Source: Octopus sinensis
Taxonomy: Eukaryota
Length of the DNA stretch: 64,000 bases
Direction: 5' to 3'
Assembly (NCBI RefSeq): GCF_006345805.1
Contig: NC_043017.1
Location: 13,516,001 to 13,580,000 of the forward strand
The notes under the pieces are model-generated. The model was not told the DNA's origin. It searched no databases and worked only from the letters and a program-made list of their open reading frames with translations. Shown here piece after piece: positions 24,337-36,959 of this stretch (position 1 is the stretch's first letter; each line of letters begins with the position of its first letter). The translations under genes were made by a program, and so were the position numbers.

Positions 24337-25406
24337 CCGTAGAGACAGAAAATGTAAACAACAATACGATAAAAGTAAAATATAAAATATTTGTTTTTGA
24401 TTCGTTCTTTTTTGTGTATATTCCTTTTTGTTCTTAAATATTGTGTGTGTATATACACATGTTTCGTTCTTTTTTGTGTATATTCCTTTTTTTCTTAAAT
24501 ATTGCGTGTATACATAAAAGTATTTGTGCGTATAGACACGGAGAAAGTTTGTAAACAGAAATGAAATTTTTGATTTTTTTGCAGTGTAGTCCGTCACATT
24601 AAATAGTGTGATTTATTTTCACTCTGCACGTATATACATGTGTGCTACAAGTATCTATGTATGTATGTATGTCACTGCTTTATAAATTTAAAATGAGGGT
24701 GATAAATTGGATATTAATTTAATTAACATCAATTTAACACCAGTGGTCTAGCATATTAAAATCTGAAGATTCATTAAATTGTATTATATTACAATTTACT
24801 GAACCTTCAGATATATATATATATATATATATATATACGTAAGATAATTTTCCTAATATTTTAAGAGTATATCCAAAGCTTTTCAGTACAGACATCTCTA
24901 TCCATTTAAAGGTCACACCACCTTTGCAGTGCATATTTAGTGATATTGCCAGTATGATAGTTACCAGGTGCAAGTGGGTGAATCTACTATTGAATTCTCA
25001 AGTAACCAAGGAATAGTGATTTCTGGTTTATGGTTTTCTTTTATGAGTTTCCTTTTATTACAATAGCTCTTTTTAAACCATGAGGCTTATGGTTCAGTTT
25101 TTCAATTAAAATTTTAAAACTACTTTAATCTTGTTATTTGCCTGTTTTACATACAACACAACTATGCGATGACATCATTCCCCTTAAGAGTGGCTAAACA
25201 ATTTTATATGTTTAACTATGGATATTTTTGGATTATAGTTTTTTATAATACATGTGCATAATATGTACATGTGCATTTATATATTGTATCATTCTGCTAC
25301 AATAACAGACATAAGCATGTAATTCTTTTATTCTCGAGTTCTAATGAAAAATTTCCTAAAAAATTGTAATGGAGTATCCTGTATGTTGAAAACCTATATG
25401 GTCTTA

Positions 25407-25493
25407 TGCATCTGAGGAAAGCGGGTTATTTCAAATTGTTGTAATACTTGCATTGATTGATTAAATGGAGCCACTTGAAACAGCCGTAATGCA
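25407..25493 (+). ncRNA. Type I hammerhead ribozyme motif
   Basis: UGCAU-CUGAGGA-AAGCGG..CCACUU-GAAA-C-AGCC-G-UA-AUGCA: stem I 5 bp perfect, stem II 5 of 6 pairs, GUA site. Confidence 0.65.
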
Positions 25494-25619
25494 CACTTGT
25501 AACATATTTGCTTTTTATTCACTTAACTTTGAGCTGTACAGACAATACTGGACAGACTTAGTACCTCATCTTTAGTACCTAATTCAAGTGGATCTTAATT
25601 ATTTCTTAACTCGTCAACT

Positions 25620-25655
<36 letters not shown>

Positions 25656-25884
25656 TTGGAGAATGAAGTAAGTCGAGCAAGAACATACATGAAAATGAAA
25701 AGTGTCACTGAAGAGGTCACAGATGAGTGACAAAAGATTTCTGGACAATTGCCATGAGTTAGAATAATAAAATAAGAACAGTAATAAATGAGTGAAGAAA
25801 AAAATAAATAGTGTGTGTGTTTATTTGGCAAAAAACAAAAAAAAAAACCCATCTCGAAATACAATATATATATATGTGTATGTA

Positions 25885-25930
<46 letters not shown>

Positions 25931-26869
25931 TGTATGCATGCATAAATATATATACTCTTTTACTCTTTTATTTGTTTCAGTCATTTGACTGTGGCCATGC
26001 AGGAGCACCACCTTTAGTCAAACAAATCAACCTCAGAATTTATTCTTTGTAAGCCTAGTACTTATTATCGGTCTCTTTTGCCAAACTGCTAGTTATGGGG
26101 ACATAGACACATCAATATTGGTCGTCAAGTGATGGTGAGGGGACAAACACAGATACACAAACATAGATGGATGGATGGATGGATAAATACAGATATAGAT
26201 ATACCGTGGGCTTCTTTCAGTTTCCATCTACCAAATCCACTAACAAGGCTTTGGTTGGCCTGAAGCTATAGCAGAAGATACTTGTCGCACACACACACAC
26301 AGAGGGACAGAGAGAAAGGTAGACACACATCCGCACACATACACACAGAAGGACAGATAGAAAGGCAGACACACACACACATACACACAGAAAGACAGAC
26401 AGTAAGACAGACACATACACACACACATGACTAAATCAATATGTCTTGCTTTCTTTTTTTCTTTCTCCAAGATGGTAAGGGGAATTTGAGAGAGATTGGG
26501 CAGCTATTTCCAGCAGATTAAGTAACCGCAGACAGACTCTACTGTTAGCTCGTTATTTAATTGATGCTGCAGTGTGGTAGATTTTGGAATTAAGAATGCT
26601 GCTAATTAGTTCTTATCTTAACAGTCCTCTTGGTTCTTATCTTGACGATCTTCTTGGATGTTATCCTAACCAACAAGAAATGTCTGCTACACAAAATATG
26701 CTCACACACAGCCACATATACATATACATACGTATATACAGGTTTCTTTATCAGTTGCTATTTACCAAATCCACTTACAAGGCTTTGGTCAGCCTAGAGC
26801 TATAACAGAAGACACTTGTCCAATGGAATTGCAGGCCAAACCATGTGGCTCAAATCAGACTTCTCATCT

Positions 26870-27000
26870 TCTTGCCAGAGCCTTGTGGAGCTTTAGGTAT
26901 TTTCGTTCAATAAACACTCACAACGCCTGGTCTCGGAATTGAAACCGCGATCCTACGACTGCGAGTCCACTGCCCTAACTACTGGGCCATTGCACCTCCA
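26870..27000 (-). mobile_element. SINE-A head fragment
   Basis: Reverse complement of ggaggtgcaatggcccagtagttagggcagtggactcgcagtcgtaggatcgcggtttcaattcc. Confidence 0.8.
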
Positions 27001-27445
27001 CACACACGTATATACATTACGTAGGTGCAGGTGTGGCTGTGTGGTAAGAAGCTTGCTTCCCAACCATGTGGTTCAAGGTCAGTCCCACTGCATGGCCCCT
27101 TGGACAAGTGTCTTCTGCTGTAGCCTTGGGCCAACCAAACCCCTGTGAGTGGATTTGGTAGATGGAAACTGAAAGAAGCCAGTACACACACACATTATTT
27201 ATGTGTGTGTGTCTTTGTTTGTTTTTCCCCTCACCTCCAACACTACCGCTTGACAACCGGTTTAAGTACCTGTGAGCAGTTTGGCAGGAGAGAACACAAG
27301 AATAAATAGAGGGCGTAAAATGGAAAAAAAAATAAGCACTGGAGTCAATTCATTTCACAAAAAATTCTTCAAGGCTGTGCCCCAGCATGGCCTCAGTCTA
27401 CACACACACAAATGCATATATACATGCATATATATATATATATAC

Positions 27446-27621
27446 GCGCAGGAGTGGCTGTGTGGTAAGTAGCTTGCTTACCAACCACGTGGTTCCGGGT
27501 TCAGTCCCACTGCGTGGCACCTTGGGCAAGTGTCTTCTACTATAGCCTCGGGCCGACCAAAGCCTTGTGAGTGGATTTGGTAGACGGAAACTGAAAGAAG
27601 CCTGTTGTACACACATATATG

Positions 27622-27654
<33 letters not shown>

Positions 27655-27868
27655 TTGTGTGTCTGTGTTTGTCCTCCCAACATCGCTTGACAACCGATGC
27701 TGGTGTGTTCATGTCCCCGTAATTTAGCGGTTCGGCAAAAGAAACCGATAGAATAAGTACTAGGCTTAGACAGAACAAGTCCTGGGGTCGATTTGCTCGA
27801 CTGAAGGCGGTGCTCCAGCATGGCCGCAGTCAAATGACTGAAACAAGTAAAAGAGAGAGTAAAAGAGT
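27446..27868 (+). mobile_element. SINE-B, full length
   Basis: Consensus match; preceded by a degenerate copy at about 27026-27400. Confidence 0.9.
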
Positions 27869-28152
27869 ACACACACCCACACACACGTATATATACATAT
27901 ATACACACAGAATTACATGTCTATAAAAGAAAGAAAACAAAAGGCAGAAAATAGAATGGAGTAACAGAGTTATAAGAATTATTACCTACTTTTCCACGGC
28001 TGTTTTAACTGAACATTAACAAAATACTCCGCAAGCTATGCTGTTTTCACGACAAGAGAGAAATCTCATTTGAATCTTATGTCAAGGATGGGCCACTAAT
28101 ATCAACAGGCTTGCCCTAAAAAATTGTCAACATGGAAGTGACTAACAATTAT

Positions 28153-28186
<34 letters not shown>

Positions 28187-28361
28187 GCACGCACTCACTC
28201 ACGCATACAAGCAATTATAGGTAATAGGCTGATAAATTACGTGATAACACTACACACACATACACACACACACATATATATTAGCCACCTAACATACATA
28301 CAAGCACCCATATAGTTACACAGATACATACACACAAACTTATATAGATTTATTTTACATA

Positions 28362-28392
<31 letters not shown>

Positions 28393-28783
28393 GGAGGAAG
28401 GAAGAGAACTTAAGTGCCAAGAGTTGGTGGAGGAACTTTTCATCACACGCTTGTACACAAAAGAGTAGAAGAACCACCAGAAACAGTATAGAGGCTGCTG
28501 AGAAAAGCATCACGATAGCTTTGGATGAAAGGTTTTTGGTGGTGCTCTAGACATAGGCTCAGGCTTGATCGACCTAGGTTGGGTCACCTGGATGAAGGTG
28601 AATATTGTAAGGTCCCAAATTACCAGTGATGCCAGGACAAATGCTTCATATACAATAACCTAGGTCAGGTCACTTGGATAAAAGTGTATGTTGTGAGGCT
28701 TAAAAAAACTAGTGATCCCAAGCTTACCACATTGATGATTGGTCCAAGTTTGGTATCTGTACAATGTTGAATTATATATGTGT

Positions 28784-28834
<51 letters not shown>

Positions 28835-28852
28835 CACGCATACGTACATATA

Positions 28853-29255
28853 TACTCTTTTGCTTGTTTCAGTCATTTGACTGCGGCCATGCTGGAGCAC
28901 CGCCTTTAGTTGAGCAAATCGACCCCAGGACTTATTCTTTGTAAGCCCAGTACTTATTCTATCGGTCTCTTTTGCCGAACCGCTAAGTTACGGGGACGTA
29001 AACACACACCAGCATCGGTTGTCAAGCAATGCTAGGGGGACAAACACAGACACACAAACACACACATACATATATATATATATACATATATACGACAGGC
29101 TTCTTTCAGTTTCCGTCTACCAAATCCACTCACAAGGCATTGGTCGGCCCAGGGCTATAGCAGAAGACACTTGCCCAAGATGCCACACAGTGGGATTGAA
29201 CCCAGAACCATGTGGTTGGTTAGCAAGCTACTTACCACACAGACACTCCTGCGCC
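28853..29255 (-). mobile_element. SINE-B, full length
   Basis: Consensus match; inverted relative to 27446-27868. Confidence 0.9.
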
Positions 29256-29650
29256 TATATATATACACAACTATATATATACACAATTTACAAAAGAGGT
29301 ATTAATAGTTTCATGCTTTAGTGATACTATAAATTGGCAGGTTACGTAAATCTGCCAATTCTTTGTAACTCTAAAGCATGAAACTGTTAGTAGCTCTTTT
29401 ATAAATTGTGTATATCAAATTATATTTATCTCTCACTGATAGAGTACCTTTTTTCTTAATTCTACCTACAACAGAACTGTAAACTATATATGTACATATT
29501 TGATGGCATATAAAAACCCTGTTTTCAGATGTATAAAACAAAAATTACCTTGGGTCCTATATGCAACATTGGTCTCCCCATAAATTAATTTTGTCCCTGA
29601 CACTCACAACTATAGACTAACTTTAATCCAGCTGATCTCATGTACCTAGC

Positions 29651-30034
29651 AGAGGCGCAATGGCCCAGTGGTTAGAGCAGCGGACTCGCGGTCGTAGGAT
29701 CGCGGTTTCGATTCCCAGACCGGGCGTTATGAGTGTTTATTGAGCAAAAACACCTAAAGCTCCACGAGGCTCCGGCAGAGGGTGGTGGTGATCCCTGCTG
29801 TACTCTTTCACCACAACTTTCTCTCACTCTTACTTCCTGTTTCTGTTGTACCTGTATTTCAAAGGGCTGGCCTTGTCACTCTCTGTGTCACGCTGAATAT
29901 CCCCGAGAACTACGTTAAGGGTACACGTGTCTGTGGAGTGCTCAGCCACTTACATGTTAATTTCACGAGCAGGCTGTTCCGTTGATCGGATCAACCGGAA
30001 CCCTCGTCGTCGTAACCGACGGAGTGCTTCCATC
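29651..30034 (+). mobile_element. SINE-A head with an alternative 3' half and a 12-bp TSD
   Basis: CATGTACCTAGC at 29639-29650 and 30035-30046; shares about 180 nt with 3096-3406, then diverges. Confidence 0.88.
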
Positions 30035-31140
30035 CATGTACCTAGCCTGATTCTGTAATAGTAATAATGATATTCACTGAAGCATTATTATTGTACAATA
30101 TTGTTTTGTGTTAGATTGTTTAAAATATTACATGCTTTAATGCATTAAGAATTTTTCTCTTTTAATATGCACTACTGAAATTCAGGTACATCCATTATGT
30201 TTCTGTGCCTTTTATGCTATCAAAGATAATGTGTATGCATCTGCACATGTGTGTGTATGTATGTGTGTATGTATGTATGTATGTAGGTAGGTTTGCATGT
30301 ATGTATGCATGTATGTATGTATGTATGTATGTATGTATGCATGTATGTATGCATGCATGCATGCATGTATGTATGTATATGTTTTTGTGTATATTTATAT
30401 GTATGTATATATATATCTATGTATATATATTTATGTATCACCATCATCACCATATATATAGAGAGAGAGAGTTGTGTCTGTGTGTGTCTGTGCGTTTCTT
30501 TGTGTGTAGCTACAAGTGAATTTATTGATACATAGATTATTCAACCCCTTTTTTTATCCCCTGCTTAATATTATTTACCAGACTACCAGTCCCTGTTACG
30601 TTCATCCCATACCAAAGTGGCCACAATACGCCACCTTCTTTTGTAATATTTCATTTTTGTTTCTTTCTATCTTGAAGATGTACTCCTACTGCAACAGCAC
30701 TAAATTTGGTCATTTATCAGCATCAAAGCATGAACAAAGTAGTTCTCTCAGAGAAAAAAAAAAGCATTAAATTTCATTTGCGTAGTATAATCGTATAATC
30801 ATTTTCAATGTTGCACAACTGGTTGCACAGCACATGAATGCACAGTTGCAGAGTTTTTTCAAGATAACATTAACATTTGTTCTGTTATAAATAAATTAGA
30901 AATTTAATTTAGTGTTAGGCTGGAACATAGTTTCAATGCAAAACAGGTGAGGCTTCATTATTTTATTCATAACAATGGTAATAATAACAAAATAGGTGAA
31001 GCTCTACTAAGTTCTAACTTCCAACTTTGCCTTTCATCCTTTTGGGTGTCAATGAAAAGAGTACCAGTCAAGCTCTGGTATCAATGTAACTGACTCTCCC
31101 TCCCACCAAATTTCAGGCCTTCAATAGAAAGGATTATCAT

Positions 31141-31171
<31 letters not shown>

Positions 31172-33420
31172 ATTATTATTATTTGTTATACAGGCACAAG
31201 GCCTGAAATTTTGGGAAGAGGGTGAAGTTGACTATATCAACTCCATACTTGACTTGTACTTCACTGACCTTGGAGCAATTCTTCTTCCAATGCTCTAAAG
31301 GTTCCACCAATCCACTATCCTTATTACAACAACAACAACAATAACAATAACAGCAGCAATAGCAGCCTTGTTAGAATCTTCAAGACACTTTAGTCTGTAA
31401 ATAACTAACCCTCTAACCTACAATTTATCTCTTATCAGCTGTATAATGATGTATCATCTGAATGGAAGCGTTTTTTATCAAAGACTCTTCTTTATTTTTT
31501 TCCATGCTGATATAGCTTAAATGGTTCTGCAAAACTACTTAATTCCTTCAGATAGTGTTGTTCCCTGGTTAGTTTTATCACAAAACCCCACCTTCTCTTC
31601 TCACCTTCTGCTGATACCATCTTATCTAAGAATCTCAATGTGTCCTCTCTTCCAAAACTTATTCCTAAACCTTCCCCCACCATCACCACCACCACCTACC
31701 AAATCACATCCACCCAAGTTTTCTCTCAGCATCATATATTCAAAGAAAACAGATTCGTTTACCTAACATTTATTGCCCCACACTGATATCCCTAACCCAC
31801 TCACCATTGCACGAAAAAAAAAAAAATGATTTCGTTTTCCTTTGAGGTACACGAAGCTTATTTATTTGTAAAGGGTGGGGGAACCCATGTACTTCTTCAT
31901 CACATTCTCAACTGATGGAGGGAGCTGCCTTCCAGCAACCATATCACATCTGTCCAAGACACGTGCCATGGAGATAGAATCAGGATAAGCAGAAACCAAT
32001 TAATAAGTCAACTGTCAAAAAAAAGAACTTATCACTTTGAGAGTAGCTTTTGTTTGTTTCAGGGTTTGGATTTAGGCCATGCTGGAGCACTAACTTAAAG
32101 GATTTAGTTGAACATGTCAATCCTAGTACTTATTGGTACTTATTCTGATGACCTCTTTTTGCTGAACCGCTGAGTGATGGGGATATCAACAAACCAAAAC
32201 AAGTTAAGCAGTAGTTGGGGGATAAGCAGACAGACACACACACACACACACACACGCACGCACAACAGGATTCTTTCAATTTCCATGTACCAAATCCATT
32301 CACAAAGTTTAGGTTGCCATGCAGTGGGATTGAACCCAAGATCACATGGTTGGGAAACAACCACGGGGTCTTGTCACAAAGCCAGCCACCCCTATGCCTA
32401 TGTATGTATATGCAAGTGCAGGCACACTTGTGTGGTAGGAAGCTTGCTTCCCAACCACATGGTTCCAGGTTCAATCCCACTGCATGGAACCTTGAGCAAG
32501 TGTCTTCTACTATAGCCTTGGGCCAGCCAAAGCCTTGTGAGTGGACTTGGTAGACAGAAACTGAAAGAAGCCAGTTGTGTGTGTATATATGTATACACTA
32601 ATTTCCATTCATTTCTTATTTTTATTATAAGGCACAAAAAGAAAATGACTCTCCCCAGACACAACAGAAAGAGGTTAGTCCCATGCATATGTGCATGTGT
32701 GTGTCTTTTTGGTTGTTTACCTTGGATAGCTATTTATTTACAAAGTGATGTCCTTAAACCACACGACCATGGCCCCACTCAAAACTTTAAGCAGAGCTGC
32801 TTTAATAAAACACTGAATGTCATAGCAAACATGTCAATGCAAAACAACATTAGCAGCCGTAGTGGAGGAAATCTGAGGACCAAAACTAAAAACACCAAGA
32901 ACTCAAAGAGTTATAACATCACATTACATCAATTTCTTTAAACAAATTTATTCTATTCAAAATGTTTAGGCTTTGCCCCATTATTAAATTATCAACTATC
33001 AAATTACAATTCATGGTTTTGCTAAGTTTTTTTGTTACTGAAAAACGAAAACAAACAAAAAATCCTCACAAAATGTATTGTTGCCATTTTTAAAATCAAT
33101 TAGTAATGGGTCTATAAATATGCTTTAATTAACGTTATTAGAGATAATTAAAAGACAATAAACATGGTGATTTGATACAATATTGTGTATATGGTCTAGT
33201 TATTTTTTATATTGTTTTATTGGTGGTGGTGGTGGTGGGAGGTATAATGTGCTTTCCGGGTTATGCAAATTAGGATATTTGCATAAAACTTACTGTTATG
33301 TTTGCTATTTAAAGATTTGCCACCTCAGCAACAGACTCAATGCTTTAATAAAAGTAGTTTGTTTCACTAGCCAGGTAGAACAAAGCAAACAGAAATAATA
33401 TACCCCACCTTGTGACATAA

Positions 33421-33453
33421 TTGTAGTACACCTGAGCACTGTATACAATAATT

Positions 33454-33490
<37 letters not shown>
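33421..33490 (+). mobile_element. Orphan CR1 3'UTR tip with (ATT)n
   Basis: ttgtagtacacctgagcactgtatacaa matches the 3' end of the CR1; a similar tip occurs at about 58777-58830. Confidence 0.7.
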
Positions 33491-33491
<1 letters not shown>

Positions 33492-33496
33492 ACATA

Positions 33497-33906
33497 GGCG
33501 CAGGAGTGGCTGTGTGGTAAGTAGCTTGCTAACCAACCACATGGTTCCGGGTTCAGTCCCACTGCGTGGCATCTTGGGCAAGTGTCTTCTGCTATAGCCC
33601 CGGGCCGACCAATGCCTTGTGAGTGGATTTGGTAGACAGAAACTGAAAGAAGCCTGTCGTATATATGTATATATATATGTGTGTATGTGTGTGTGTTTGT
33701 GTATGTGTTTGTCCTCCTAGCATTGCTTGACAACCGATGCTGGTGTGTTTACGTCCCCGTCACTTAGCAGTTTGGCAAAAGAGACCGATAGAATAAGTAC
33801 TGGGCTTACAAAGAATAAGTCCTGGGGTCGAATTGCTCGACTAAAGGCGGTGCTCCAGCATGGCCGCAGTCAAAATGATTGAAACAAGTAAAAGAGTAAA
33901 AGAGTA
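33497..33906 (+). mobile_element. SINE-B, full length
   Basis: Consensus match. Confidence 0.9.
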
Positions 33907-34104
33907 AGTGCTCTAATAAAAATGTATATAATTATGTAAGTAGTCATGTATATATTAATATCACCTCCTGCCCCTTTACCAAACCAATCGTACTCCCATC
34001 CCCGTATGCCCCTCTCCACTGCAAACTGATATTCAATGCATCCACCTCAGTCCCCACCTCTTACAATGTCACACACTTCTCACACTGTAGCACACTTACC
34101 TTAA

Positions 34105-34320
34105 TCCTTCAGCATTCAGATTACTCTGTCAAATGTTTGTGCCTATTTATTCACATTGTTTTGAGTTAATCATGCATTATTTTGTAGCTTTGGGAATTTG
34201 ATTATGGGACTGTTTGTATTTAGTATGACATTATAGGGTAGATTTAAGAGACTGCACGGCTGCACTCGGCCAGTTTGACCGTAAAATAAAAGGAATGTTT
34301 TGGCCAGATATAATGGTTAT
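34105..34320 (+). mobile_element. Degenerate copy of the piggyBac-type MITE at 61544
   Basis: TTAA-tccttcagcattc left end; internal similarity to 61544-61763; right end eroded. Confidence 0.5.
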
Positions 34321-34425
34321 AGAACAAACATTATCTTCATGTCTCATTTATATTTGAGCACTTCTTTTGCAATCCTATAAACCATTTGGTTTCTGTAAAA
34401 GGAGATAAATATTATTTCTTCGTGT

Positions 34426-34725
34426 CATCATCATCATCGTTTAACGTCCGCTTTCCATGCTAGCATGGGTTGGACGGTTCAACTGGGGTCTGGGAAGCCA
34501 GAAGGCTGCACCAGGCCAGTCAGATCTGGCAGAGTTTCTACAGCTGGATGCCCTTCCTAACGCCGACCACTCCGTGATTGTAGTGGGTGCTTTTTATGTG
34601 CCACCGACACAGGTACCAGACGAGGCTGGCGAACGGCCATGCTCGGATGGTGTTTTTTTGTGCCACCGACACAGGTGCCAGACGAGGCTGACGAACGGCC
34701 ACGCTCGGATGGTGTTTTTTATGTG
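34426..34725 (-). mobile_element. Repeat D, same subfamily as 39090-39469
   Basis: Shares acaccatccgagcgtggccgttcgccagcctcgtctggcacctgtgtcggtggcac subrepeats. Confidence 0.85.
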
Positions 34726-34740
34726 TATATATATATATAT

Positions 34741-34967
34741 ATTTCTACTGCCCACAAGGGGCTAAACATAGAGGGACAAACAAGGATAGACAAACGGATT
34801 AAGTCGATTACATCGACCCCAGTGCAAAACTGGTACTTTATTTATCGACCCCGAAAGGATGAAAGGCAAAGTCAACCTCGGCGGAATTTGAACTCAGAAC
34901 ACAAAGACAGATGAAATACCGCTAAGCATTTTGCCCGGTGTGCTAACATTTCTGCCAGCTCGCCGCC
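34741..34967 (-). mobile_element. SINE-C
   Basis: Full head-to-tail match to 44416-44643. Confidence 0.85.
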
Positions 34968-35020
34968 CTCTTTTCTTGTGTATATATGTATACAGTGTGA
35001 CACAATATAATGTATGTAAG

Positions 35021-35051
<31 letters not shown>

Positions 35052-35660
35052 CCATGCTAGCATGGAAAACGGACGCTAAACGATGATGATGATGATACAC
35101 ATAAAAGGATTTACACACTTTACTGCATTTGTAAAATATATTTCAAAGTCACATACAAAGAAGAAATCTGACAAGAAAGCCAACATTAAATAAAATCGGG
35201 AAAAATGAAATTGTGCCGATATGGACAGGAGATTAAGGAATCTTAATTGCAAATTTTAGGTTCTGGGCTCAATTCCATTGGGTGACATTTTGGGTACCTG
35301 TCTTGGATTAACTAACATTTGGAGAGTAAAATTTGACAGGTAGAAACTGTGCAGAAGACAACTGTGTGGGTGTGTGTGTGTGTGTGTGCACATGCATACT
35401 GGTGTAAATACTTTGTGCTAATTAAATCCCTAAAAGGGAATCAATTCTCTAAAAGAACCTAACGTGGACCAACTTAGAACAGCAAGAGAAATTGATATGA
35501 TAATTATCAGGCGAAATACTGGTGGTGCTGCTATAATTGACAAAAACCATTGAGCAAGGTGACCTGGTATGGTTGGAGTCCATTGACAAAAACCAATGAA
35601 AGAGAATACATTTTGTAAAGACATTTTTTTCCTTGCGAATAAAATTAACCAGACACTTAC

Positions 35661-35876
35661 CTCATCGCAAGCAAAACAACGCGGCCTAACTAGTTCAGCA
35701 AAGTGGCGTTCACAAAACAGCTTCTGTTGGAAATGGCAATAGGTCAAGTCAACAAGGAGTTCTTCACAGACGCTGCAGATGAAACAGGCAGGGTGCCAGC
35801 AAAGAGAATCGGTTATTTTGCTAGCAACAATTATTAACTCCTTCGAGTCTATTTCACCTTTGCAATTATGACAAAC
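35661..35876 (-). CDS. Internal coding exon: one LIM domain plus the start of the next, PET-LIM family (Prickle/Testin/Limpet-LIMPETin-like)
   Basis: Polypyrimidine tract and CAG| acceptor at 35877; GAG|GTAAGT donor at 35660; 72 codons, VCHNC..WHPACFICSVCEELLVDLTYC..LFCERHFAELVRPRCFACDE. The LLVDL.Y and RPRC..CDE signature is typical of LIM1 in PET-LIM proteins. Confidence 0.92.
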
Positions 35877-35909
35877 CTGAAAAGAAGAGAAGAAAATATT
35901 TAAATACAA

Positions 35910-35970
<61 letters not shown>

Positions 35971-36032
35971 GATGAGTTACTATATATAATAGTAACATCA
36001 TTTAACATCAATATTCCATGATGGTATGGAAT

Positions 36033-36068
<36 letters not shown>

Positions 36069-36181
36069 GTGTGTGTGTGTGTGTATATATATATAATAAT
36101 AATAATAATGATATTACTATATATAATAGTAACATCATTTAACATCAATGTTCCATGGTGGTATGGAATTATATATACATC

Positions 36182-36216
<35 letters not shown>

Positions 36217-36334
36217 TATATATATATATATTATATATATATATATATATATAAGAAATCGAGATAAAATTGATGAGTAACAATTGATTTACACCAATTA
36301 TCATATATTAATTAATTACAAAAAGGCAGAATCT

Positions 36335-36465
36335 CATCTTACAGCTGTTTCCGTTAGCGCAATTCCCAGGCTTAACCACCTCAATAATAATAATAATAAT
36401 AATAATAGTTATCATTGTAAGTAATTAATTATACCAATTTGAATAGCGGAACTTCATCAGAGTGG
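36335..36465 (-). ncRNA. Degenerate hammerhead-like motif with (TAT)n inside loop II
   Basis: CUGAUGA (36460-36454), AGUUCCGC..GCGCUAACG, GAAAC-AGCU-GUA; stems I and II imperfect. Confidence 0.35.
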
Positions 36466-36689
36466 AAAAGTAAAGAAAAATATAAAAAGTAAAAAGAAAA
36501 AGGAGAAAGCAAGAAAATGATGATATATATCCATTAATGTTACATGCTGTCCCTCTGAGAGACTTTCAACCAACAAGAATTTAGGAATAGAATTGGGATA
36601 GTTATAATATTTAATTGGACATTCCTATACACGGGGGAGAAGGCTACTGCTGGCATGGGTTAAATATATAATGATTATATGAGCAATTT

Positions 36690-36959
36690 GGTTAGGTCAT
36701 AAAATAAAAATAAAAAGTAAGAAATATAATTGAAAATACCAGTAGTTATAGGACTAAATAATACCAGTTGACTATAATTTATTATTTATTGATTTCCTAT
36801 GTACTTTACTTATTATATGCAGGCTGCATACCTGAAACAACCCCAGATCAGGAGTTGGAATGGTCTGGACAGTAAGAGGATATTATATTATTTAGTTCTA
36901 TAACCAACGGTATTTTTAATTATATTTCTTACTTCTAACTTTTATTTTATGACCTAACC
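36690..36959. repeat. 74-bp imperfect inverted repeat with an about 120-nt spacer
   Basis: 36690-36763 versus the reverse complement of 36886-36959, roughly 9 mismatches. Confidence 0.85.

Larger units (their letters stand above)
20247..24600 (-). mobile_element. Near full-length CR1-clade LINE
   Basis: Two-ORF layout, APE plus RT, about 50-nt 3'UTR with a GTGC/GCAC stem-loop and (ATT)n tail, 62-nt tandem duplication in the 5'UTR (24401 and 24463); no TSD found; 5' boundary approximate. Confidence 0.93.

Noticed and set aside
23911-24342. Plus-strand Leu-rich ORFs antisense to ORF1
   Set aside because: Shadow of the CAA/CAG repeat; no independent coding evidence.
23662-24597. 311-aa ORF taken at face value from position 24597
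   Set aside because: The first about 87 codons are AT-rich 5'UTR containing a 62-nt duplication, and the C-terminus is out of frame after the polyQ indels; real ORF1 is better modelled as 24336-23136.
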